A DNA stretch of 64,000 bases from an uncultured Verrucomicrobia subdivision 3 bacterium (lineage in GTDB: Bacteria; Verrucomicrobiota; Verrucomicrobiia; Limisphaerales; UBA11358): positions 9,482-73,481 of the forward strand of contig CAISEZ010000018.1 in the NCBI GenBank assembly GCA_903884535.1, in the 5' to 3' direction. The position numbers and the translations under genes were made by a program. The notes under the pieces were generated by a model, which had not been told where the DNA came from, searched no databases, and saw only the letters and a program-made list of their open reading frames with translations. Of this stretch, positions 25,852 to 32,882 are shown in pieces (positions within the stretch are counted from its first letter, which is position 1; the number at the start of each line of letters is the position of its first letter).

Positions 25852-26967
25852 TCAATGAGTGGCCTCATTCCGGATATCCCGTGACGTCGCCAGCGCAATG
25901 ACTCGACCTTCGTTCCCGACCGCACAATAAAAATGATAGACCACGCTATTCCATTTCACGAGCCACGGTTTGTGCGCGTAAGTCATGTCGAACGGTTCGG
26001 ACGGCTCGACGAGATTGTCGCCGTCCCATTTCGTCCAATGCACCAAATCATAAGAACAGGCAAATGTGTCAAACGCATGTGGCTTCCAGCCTGCGCCGAA
26101 ATAAAACATCGTCCACACGTCGCCGATTTTCACGATCTGCGGGTCGCCGCTGATGCCGTTGGCTTTGGCCTCGCCGTTGGCGATGACCGGCGTTTCACCG
26201 TAGCGATTCCAGTGAATCATGTCTTTTGAAACCGCCATGCCGATGCGCTCGAAGCCGTTTTTCTTTTTTCCGTTGTAAAACATCACGAACGGCCAGCCAA
26301 GCGATTCGGCTTCATCGTGGATGATCTGGCTTTTGTAGAGCGTCTTTTTCTCAAAATCGCGCGCGTCCGGCGGTTTCGGCGTCAGCACGGGATTTTCGTC
26401 CAGCCGTTTCCATTCATTCGCCTTCGCCGGATTTTTCGTCCACGCCATTCCGAGCGACAGCGGATCGGTTTCGTAACCCTGCTTCGCGCCGCCGATGTAA
26501 CTCAGCCAGAATTTGCCGTTAAATTTTTTCAATTCATGCGAACCATCCCAGCGATAATCCGCCAGCGCAATGCCACCGTCTGCCTGCCACGCGTCCCAGT
26601 CATTGGTTTGGGTGAACGACAAAATCTTCCCCAGCTTGTCCCAGTGCAGCAAATCGTCGCTGCGCGCGAGAAATGTCTGGTAGCCAATTTTATTCGTGAT
26701 GGCGACATACATCATGAACCAATGGCCGTCGCGGCGGAAAATGCTCGGGCAATCCACAAACTCATTCGTGCCCGCGCCCTGGATGACTACGCCATATTTG
26801 AACGGTGTTTTCACTTCGTCATAAATTTTCGCCAGCGTATTGGTGTCCACGAGCCGCGTTTCAGGCATGGCTGGAATAACTTTGCGAACCAGATTGGTGT
26901 CGGCGGCGAAAACAGAATTTGTCGCACAAAATGAAACCGCCAAAAAAAAGAAAAGATTTTTCAACAT
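25852..26967 (-). CDS. secreted beta-propeller-type glycoside hydrolase-like protein (GH43/GH130-like, family uncertain)
   Basis: 371 aa with a signal peptide. Repeated W/F..Y..G..G hydrophobic blades are present (HWFMMYVA, FWLSYIGG, FVMFYNG, WTMFYFG, YHFYCA). Confidence 0.5.
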   Translation of the reverse strand: MLKNLFFFLAVSFCATNSVFAADTNLVRKVIPAMPETRLVDTNTLAKIYDEVKTPFKYGVVIQGAGTNEFVDCPSIFRRDGHWFMMYVAITNKIGYQTFLARSDDLLHWDKLGKILSFTQTNDWDAWQADGGIALADYRWDGSHELKKFNGKFWLSYIGGAKQGYETDPLSLGMAWTKNPAKANEWKRLDENPVLTPKPPDARDFEKKTLYKSQIIHDEAESLGWPFVMFYNGKKKNGFERIGMAVSKDMIHWNRYGETPVIANGEAKANGISGDPQIVKIGDVWTMFYFGAGWKPHAFDTFACSYDLVHWTKWDGDNLVEPSEPFDMTYAHKPWLVKWNSVVYHFYCAVGNEGRVIALATSRDIRNEATH

Positions 26968-28388
26968 ACACGCGCCACTTCCACGCCGAGCAATTTGCCC
27001 AGCTTGTCAATTTTCTCCGCGATGCGGCCGACGCCGACCGCGCAATGATGCGCCGGGCCGTGCGCGTTCCAGTCGGTCACAAACTTCCGCGCGCCGATGG
27101 AAAAGCGGTAGCGGCTGTTCGTGTTGCCGATTTCCAGAATCGGACCGGGCACAGACTCGCCCTCAGCCACGAGCAGTTTTAATTTTCCATCCGCCGTTTC
27201 CACGACCGAAAGCAAGGTTACAGGGCCGTGCTTCACCGACATTTCCACGGACAATCCCCGGCCCACTTTGCCGTGATAAACTTTCAGCGGACGCACCTTG
27301 GTTTTGCCTTCCGCAATTTTGATGTGGCCAGGTCCGTCATGGCCCATCAGCACCACATCGTCTGCAAAATCCATCGCGTAATATTCCGTGAACGAGCCGC
27401 CGACACCGAACGTGTCCATGATTTTCATCGCCTGCGCGTTTTTCACTTCGTATTCGCCGGCGACCGGAATGCCGCGCGCCGTCAAAAGTGAATTGCCCAA
27501 AATAATCGAGCTGATGGTGTCCTCGTTTTCCGCGTTGCCCGTGCCGCTGTAAAAATAGGCGAGCGAACCGAGGTCGTGGTCCTTCACCAACCGGTCGAGC
27601 GCCACGGAAGTTTTTGCGGCGCGCTCGAGTTCGGTTTGCGCACAATCCGCTTGCACGGCGAAAACATTTTGGAACTTGGCAACGCGCTCCCGGATTTGTT
27701 TCGCGGAAACGTCGCGGCGCAACGCGGCAAGTTCGTCCACTTCCAAGATTTCCAGGTGGCCGCCGAACGTGGCGCATTGCAACGTGGTGTCGGTATAAAT
27801 ATCCAACATCCCGCCGTAATAATGGCCCATCAAACCAAGTCGATTGTGAAACATCGTGTGGGACACGCGCGCGGCTTCAATCCAGGCATCCACCTCGTTC
27901 CAGCAAATCGGGTCGTCGTGCAACATGCCGGTCACTTGATGAAAATCAATACCGGCGCGGCTGAAAACATTGGCGATTTCCGGCACGGGACACGCGGCGC
28001 AATGCGCCAGCCAATCGCCGGTCATCGCGGTGCGGTCGCCCAACGAATTGAAATTTTTGTAATCAATCGCAGCAGCGGGTTGCAGATTCAAAATGATGAC
28101 CGGAACTTTTGCGCGCTGCACCACTGGCAGCACGGTCGAGGAAAGCGCATAAGTTGTGACGTGAAGAAAAATCACGTCCACATCGGCCGCGCGAAACTGG
28201 TGACCGGCTTCGAGCGCATTTTTCGGATTATCAATCAGGCCAAGATTCACGACCTCGACGCCGGGGCGCGAAAGTTTTTTCTCCACGGCCCGGACGTAAC
28301 CTTCAAGGCGCGGCTTGAGTCCCTTGAATTGCGGCCAGTAAGTGTCAAGGCCGATGCCGAAGAGTCCGACGCGAAGTTTTCTTTTCAT
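26961..28388 (-). CDS. L-arabinose/L-fucose isomerase family protein
   Basis: 475 aa beginning MKRKLRVGLFGIGLDTYWPQF... The overall pattern matches the AraA-like family as remembered. Confidence 0.65.
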   Translation of the reverse strand: MKRKLRVGLFGIGLDTYWPQFKGLKPRLEGYVRAVEKKLSRPGVEVVNLGLIDNPKNALEAGHQFRAADVDVIFLHVTTYALSSTVLPVVQRAKVPVIILNLQPAAAIDYKNFNSLGDRTAMTGDWLAHCAACPVPEIANVFSRAGIDFHQVTGMLHDDPICWNEVDAWIEAARVSHTMFHNRLGLMGHYYGGMLDIYTDTTLQCATFGGHLEILEVDELAALRRDVSAKQIRERVAKFQNVFAVQADCAQTELERAAKTSVALDRLVKDHDLGSLAYFYSGTGNAENEDTISSIILGNSLLTARGIPVAGEYEVKNAQAMKIMDTFGVGGSFTEYYAMDFADDVVLMGHDGPGHIKIAEGKTKVRPLKVYHGKVGRGLSVEMSVKHGPVTLLSVVETADGKLKLLVAEGESVPGPILEIGNTNSRYRFSIGARKFVTDWNAHGPAHHCAVGVGRIAEKIDKLGKLLGVEVARVC

Positions 28389-28398
28389 GGAAGATTTT

Positions 28399-28476
28399 TA
28401 ACCACGAAACATACGAAAAGAAACTGCGAGCATGCGCTTGTCTTCGATTTCGTGTCGTTCGTGTATTTCGTGGTTA
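28399..28476. repeat. CACGAAA-box palindromic intergenic element
   Basis: TAACCACGAAACATACGAA (28399..28417) pairs with TTCGTGTATTTCGTGGTTA (28458..28476) at 17 of 19 positions plus one G-T. Confidence 0.7.
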
Positions 28477-28487
28477 TTAAAAAAGTT

Positions 28488-28877
28488 TCAGCCGGAAATC
28501 AAAATCGTGTTGGCGTATTGCGTGGTGTCGCCGGTGCGGATAAGGCCGATGGCATGAGGCACGCGCTTTTTGAATTCGACGTGCGGCTCGAACGTCGTCG
28601 GCACGGCTTTCAGCGCGGCGGCGAATTTCCGGCGCTTGGCCGGCGGGTTGTTGTTCAAAAATTCCTCGGCCTGGTAAGCCTGTGTGAAATGGTGGTTCGC
28701 GCGCACGGCGGCGATAAGTTGCAGCACGGTCGGTAAATCATTAATCACGGAAACATCCACGGTTTCAATCATCGGCCAGAACGGAAAACCGCGGTCGGCG
28801 ATGACGAGCGCGTTGGTATGCCGCACGCGGGCGAGCAGCGCAAGGATTTGCGGATTGAGAATTCCGTGATTGATCAT
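28488..28877 (-). CDS. RbsD/FucU family sugar mutarotase/pyranase
   Basis: 129 aa beginning MINHGILNPQILALLARVRHTNALVIADRGFP. Confidence 0.8.
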   Translation of the reverse strand: MINHGILNPQILALLARVRHTNALVIADRGFPFWPMIETVDVSVINDLPTVLQLIAAVRANHHFTQAYQAEEFLNNNPPAKRRKFAAALKAVPTTFEPHVEFKKRVPHAIGLIRTGDTTQYANTILISG

Positions 28878-28886
28878 GACGGCAAT

Positions 28887-30311
28887 TTAATGCGCCAGCC
28901 ATGACACGCCAAGCTTCAAAAGCTTTTGCACAGCGGCATCGGACTTCGCCTCGGCATAAATTCGCAGGACCGGCTCGGTGCCGGAACCGCGCAGCATCAA
29001 CCACGCCGAATCGGCGGCGATGAATTTCACCCCGTCGCGCGCATCCACTTTTACCAGCGGCGACTGCAGAAGTTTTGTTGGTGGATTCCGTTTAAGCGAT
29101 TCCATGAGCGCAGTGCGCTTTTCCACCGGATACGGCGCGTCAAACCGCGCGTAGCGATGCGGACCAAAATACTTCTCCAGGTTTGCCCAGAGCTGATTCA
29201 CTGAGATTTTTTCCATCGCCAGCATTTCGAGCAGGAACAATCCGGCCGCCAAACCGTCGCGCTCGGGAATGTGATTCGCAAAGCCAACCGAACCGCTTTC
29301 TTCCGCGCCGAATAGCGCGCCGGTTTTCATCAATTCCGGCGCGATAAAGCGGAAGCCGATGCCGACTTCCGTGAGCGGCAGGTTCCACGCTGCGCACATT
29401 TTGTCCACCATCGCCGTGGTGTTGAACGTCTTCGTCACCGTGCCGCGACCGCCGCGATTGCGCACGAGATGATGCAGCAGCAACGCGATGACCTGCTGGT
29501 TGGTCAGCGGTTCACCGCGCCCATCCATCGCGCCAATGCGGTCGGCATCACCGTCGGTGACGAGGCAGATGTCGTGCGGATTGTTCCGCAACTGCGCGCC
29601 GCCGAGGGCGTAATTTTTCGGCAACGGCTCCGGACTAATCCCCCCGAATAAAATATCGTGCGCGCCATTGAGCGTGGTGACGGTGCAATTCGTTTTGGCC
29701 AGCAGCGTTTCAAACACGCCCGCGCCGACGCCGAACAGTGCGTCATGCGCCACGCGCAATTTGGCTTTGGCAATGAGCTTGAAATCCACGAGTTGCTTGA
29801 TGGCGGCGAAGTGCGCCGGGCGGACATCTTGAACGGCAATTTCTAATTTTGACTTATTATTTTTGAAGGGCGGCGGATTTCGGTCCAAAAAACTTTCCAC
29901 GGCCGCGCACACCTCGGCGCTGCTGCTGCCGCCAAAATGCGACTTGAGTTTGAAGCCGTTGAAGATCGGTGGATTGTGACTGGCGGTGATCATTACGCCG
30001 CCGACGGCTTGGAGATTTTTCACCGCGAAGGAAACACTTGGCGTGGGCGTGGGCTCCGGCGTGAGGATGACTTGAAAATCATTCCCGACAAACACCTCGG
30101 CGGTGATTTGCGCGAAGCGGTCGGACAAAAACCGGCGGTCGTAGCCGACGACCACTTTTGGCTCGCGCCTGAAAATTTCTGATTTTGAATTTCCGATTTC
30201 CGATTTCCAGAAATCCGCCGTGGCCTGCGCGACGCGGGCGACGTTGGCAAACGTAAAATCTTCCGCGATGACCGCGCGCCAGCCGTCCGTGCCGAATTTG
30301 ATGGGTGCCAC
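28887..30311 (-). CDS. phosphoglucomutase/phosphomannomutase family protein
   Basis: 474 aa. It has the active-site motif TASHNPP and the Mg site DGDADR. Confidence 0.85.
   Translation of the reverse strand: MAPIKFGTDGWRAVIAEDFTFANVARVAQATADFWKSEIGNSKSEIFRREPKVVVGYDRRFLSDRFAQITAEVFVGNDFQVILTPEPTPTPSVSFAVKNLQAVGGVMITASHNPPIFNGFKLKSHFGGSSSAEVCAAVESFLDRNPPPFKNNKSKLEIAVQDVRPAHFAAIKQLVDFKLIAKAKLRVAHDALFGVGAGVFETLLAKTNCTVTTLNGAHDILFGGISPEPLPKNYALGGAQLRNNPHDICLVTDGDADRIGAMDGRGEPLTNQQVIALLLHHLVRNRGGRGTVTKTFNTTAMVDKMCAAWNLPLTEVGIGFRFIAPELMKTGALFGAEESGSVGFANHIPERDGLAAGLFLLEMLAMEKISVNQLWANLEKYFGPHRYARFDAPYPVEKRTALMESLKRNPPTKLLQSPLVKVDARDGVKFIAADSAWLMLRGSGTEPVLRIYAEAKSDAAVQKLLKLGVSWLAH
30189..30209 (+). 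repeat. ATTTCCG ATTTCCG ATTTCCA heptamer tract inside the PGM-family gene
   Basis: Read directly. On the coding (-) strand it gives WKSEIGNSKSEIF. Confidence 0.85.
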
Positions 30312-30371
30312 AATCAGAGATTGGCAAACATATTTCCAGATGCCAAGCGCCGGCGGCTTAAACTGGCCGGA

Positions 30372-31160
30372 TTATTTACTTACATCCGCCGGTCGGTCGC
30401 CGGAATTTGTTTCCAAGCTCGCCGTCACCATTTTGAATTTCACCGGCTCACGCGACCACCAGTTGCCCCAGCTCCAAAGCAGCTTGTCCCCCTGCACGGT
30501 GACATGCTGTTTCCAAATCGGCGAAAAGAGGAAACCTTCCGGCGTCTCAATGATGCGGCTGGCTTCGCGGTTCTCATTGATCGCAAACAGTTGGTTCTGC
30601 GTGCCAACGATGTGGCAGTGATGATTGGGGTCGCCGTTGTTATACCAGTCGCCGATGAAGGATTTTTCCCGCGCGGTCAAGGCTGGCTCGTTTGATTTGC
30701 CCGGCACTTCCACCAGGCCGCAAACCGGATTCGCCGTGTCAGTATTATCATTCCATTTGCCGCTGGTATAAAGCTGCACATAATTTTCATTGCCCCCGGA
30801 GTTGTTCGGCTCGCCGGCATTCCAATTGAAGTAATTGACCCGCGCATCCGTCACCGCCACAAACGGGCCGCCCGGCGAATTCCGGCGCAAGCCAATCCAC
30901 AGCGAACGGTTCGTCCCGGCGTAATTGCCAAATTGGGAAAAAGCCCATTCCTGTTCGGCGTCGTTCTGGATGACCGCCAGCGTGCCGCCGAGCTGTTCGG
31001 CTTCGGCCTCCGAAACCGACCAGGTGTCCGGCGTCAGCAGAAAATACTCATGCCCGTTGGTGGGATTGGTGACGGGACCGGCGATGATGTCGGCGCGGGA
31101 ATTTATGCCGGCAAGGAAAAAGGCCATCGCCAAAATGCCCGCGACAATTAGTGTCTTCAT
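30372..31160 (-). CDS. secreted C-type lectin domain protein (EPN..WND type) with an unknown C-terminal domain
   Basis: It has a signal peptide (MKTLIVAGILAMAFFLAG). Motifs are WIGL and GEPNNSGGNENYVQLYTSGKWNDN. Confidence 0.8.
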   Translation of the reverse strand: MKTLIVAGILAMAFFLAGINSRADIIAGPVTNPTNGHEYFLLTPDTWSVSEAEAEQLGGTLAVIQNDAEQEWAFSQFGNYAGTNRSLWIGLRRNSPGGPFVAVTDARVNYFNWNAGEPNNSGGNENYVQLYTSGKWNDNTDTANPVCGLVEVPGKSNEPALTAREKSFIGDWYNNGDPNHHCHIVGTQNQLFAINENREASRIIETPEGFLFSPIWKQHVTVQGDKLLWSWGNWWSREPVKFKMVTASLETNSGDRPADVSK

Positions 31161-31186
31161 AATTTTCTGCCCGCTCATTGGTTGTT

Positions 31187-31984
31187 TCAATCCGTCAAGT
31201 TGCCCGGAGATAATTTCGGCTCATCCTGATTCGCCGCCTTTTGACCGGCGACATATTTAGCGGGCTGGCGCGACCACCAGGTGCCGTCGCTCCAGAGGAT
31301 TTTGTCCTTGGCAATTTCTCCATACTGGCGGTCCGCGTCATAAATCACATCCTTGCCTTTCAACACCAGCCGCGCCGCGTGGCGGTCGTGGGTGATGAGA
31401 AACAGTTTGTTGTCCGTGCCGGCGATCCACGCCTGCCGGTCGGGCCGGCCGCTTTCATACCAGTTGCCGACGAGCGCTTTTTCCTTAAACGTGAGCGCCT
31501 TCTCGGCGGATTTGCCCGGCACCTCGACGACCGCGTTCAGCGAAGTCCATTCTACTGCATCATTCCAAGCGCCACAGTTCTGGGAGTCGGTCCACATATG
31601 CACACAGTCCTCCACGCCGCCGCCGTTGTCTGGCTGGCCACTATTCCAATCGGCATAATCCAGCTTGGAGCCATCTGGCCACACGAACGGCCCACCCGGA
31701 TTTTGCCGGCGCAAGCCCAGCCACAGGCTGCGCAACTTGTCACCGTCATGGCCGAACTTGGCAAACACCCATTTCTGATCTGCGACACTCTTGATGATGC
31801 TCAGCGTGCCGCCCAGATTTTCCGCCTCGGTTTCCGCCGCGGACCAGCTTTCCGGCGCGAGCAGATAATAATCATGGCCGTTGGCCGGATTGGTGAGCGG
31901 GCCGGCGAGGATTTCGGCGCGGGCATGAATCGTAGCAGCCAATAAAATGACGGCGATGCCCGAATAAAGAATGGTTGGTTTCAT
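31187..31984 (-). CDS. secreted C-type lectin domain protein (QPD..WND type) with an unknown C-terminal domain
   Basis: It is a paralog of 30372..31160. Motifs are WLGL and GQPDNGGGVEDCVHMW...WNDA. Confidence 0.8.
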   Translation of the reverse strand: MKPTILYSGIAVILLAATIHARAEILAGPLTNPANGHDYYLLAPESWSAAETEAENLGGTLSIIKSVADQKWVFAKFGHDGDKLRSLWLGLRRQNPGGPFVWPDGSKLDYADWNSGQPDNGGGVEDCVHMWTDSQNCGAWNDAVEWTSLNAVVEVPGKSAEKALTFKEKALVGNWYESGRPDRQAWIAGTDNKLFLITHDRHAARLVLKGKDVIYDADRQYGEIAKDKILWSDGTWWSRQPAKYVAGQKAANQDEPKLSPGNLTD

Positions 31985-32116
31985 GATATGCAAAGGGTGC
32001 GTTTGGAAATGGCTGCCGGTTTAATTGACCGACCGCACCAGATTCCGTTCAAGAACACTTTGCCCGAAACCGCCGAAAGCTTGTTCCGCCAGCGTAAAAC
32101 GATGGTAAGAAATTTG

Positions 32117-32803
32117 TCAGAGCTTGAGATCGGCAAGCCCCGGATCGTTGTCATGCGCAATCTTCCGCATTTTTTTTACGGCGGCACCCATGTTGTGCTG
32201 GCGAAACAAGGCGGTGCCGGCCACGAAGGTGTCCGCCCCGGCGCGGGCGCATTCGGCCACGGTGGCGTTGTTGATGCCGCCATCCACTTCCAGCCGGTAG
32301 TTCAATTTTTTCTCGCGCCGCCACGCGTCGGCCTGCTGAATTTTCGGCAGACATTCGTGAATGAAACTTTGGCCGCCGAAACCGGGATTGACGGTCATCA
32401 CCAGAAGCAGGTCAATCTTGTCGAGATACGGCTGCACTTCGGCGATAGACGTAGGCGGATTGATGGCGAGGCCGACTTTCTTGCCCAGCGATTTGATTTT
32501 CCAAATCAGCGGCGTGACCTGCTGATGCAGTTCGACGTGGATAATAATCTGATCCGCGCCGGCCTTGGCAAACGGTTCGAGCAGAATCTCCGGTTTGCCG
32601 CACATGAGATGCACGTCGAAAAAAAGTTTCTTCGCGTGCGGCCGGACGGCGGCCACCACATCCGGCCCGAAGGAAATGTTCGGCACGAACTGGCCGTCCA
32701 TGATGTCGAGGTGGAGCCAGTCGGCCCCGGCGCGTTCGGCGCGCTCGGCTTCCTTGCCGAGGCGGGTGAAATCGGCGGCGAGCAAGGAGGGCGCAATGAT
32801 CAT
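32117..32803 (-). CDS. rpe: ribulose-phosphate 3-epimerase
   Basis: 228 aa beginning MIIAPSLLAADFTRLG, with HLDIMDGQFVPN. Confidence 0.95.
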   Translation of the reverse strand: MIIAPSLLAADFTRLGKEAERAERAGADWLHLDIMDGQFVPNISFGPDVVAAVRPHAKKLFFDVHLMCGKPEILLEPFAKAGADQIIIHVELHQQVTPLIWKIKSLGKKVGLAINPPTSIAEVQPYLDKIDLLLVMTVNPGFGGQSFIHECLPKIQQADAWRREKKLNYRLEVDGGINNATVAECARAGADTFVAGTALFRQHNMGAAVKKMRKIAHDNDPGLADLKL

Positions 32804-32811
32804 GGGCGGTG

Positions 32812-32874
32812 GTTTTTAATTTTAAGTTTTTAATTTTAAGTTGTCCGGGCGGAACTTAAAACTAAAAATTAAAG
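32812..32874. repeat. (GTTTTTAATTTTAA)x2 tandem repeat forming the left arm of a long AT-rich hairpin
   Basis: Tandem 14-mers lie at 32812..32839. TTTTAAGTT (32834..32842) pairs with AACTTAAAA (32853..32861) around the loop GTCCGGGCGG, with extended imperfect pairing outwards. Confidence 0.7.
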
Positions 32875-32882
32875 ACTGGAAA

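Noticed and set aside
30372-31984. C-type lectin folds as possible diversity-generating retroelement (DGR) targets.
   Set aside because: The window has no reverse transcriptase and no template/variable repeat pair with adenine-specific differences. The CTLDs are canonical Ca-binding N-terminal domains rather than C-terminal DGR-type variable regions.
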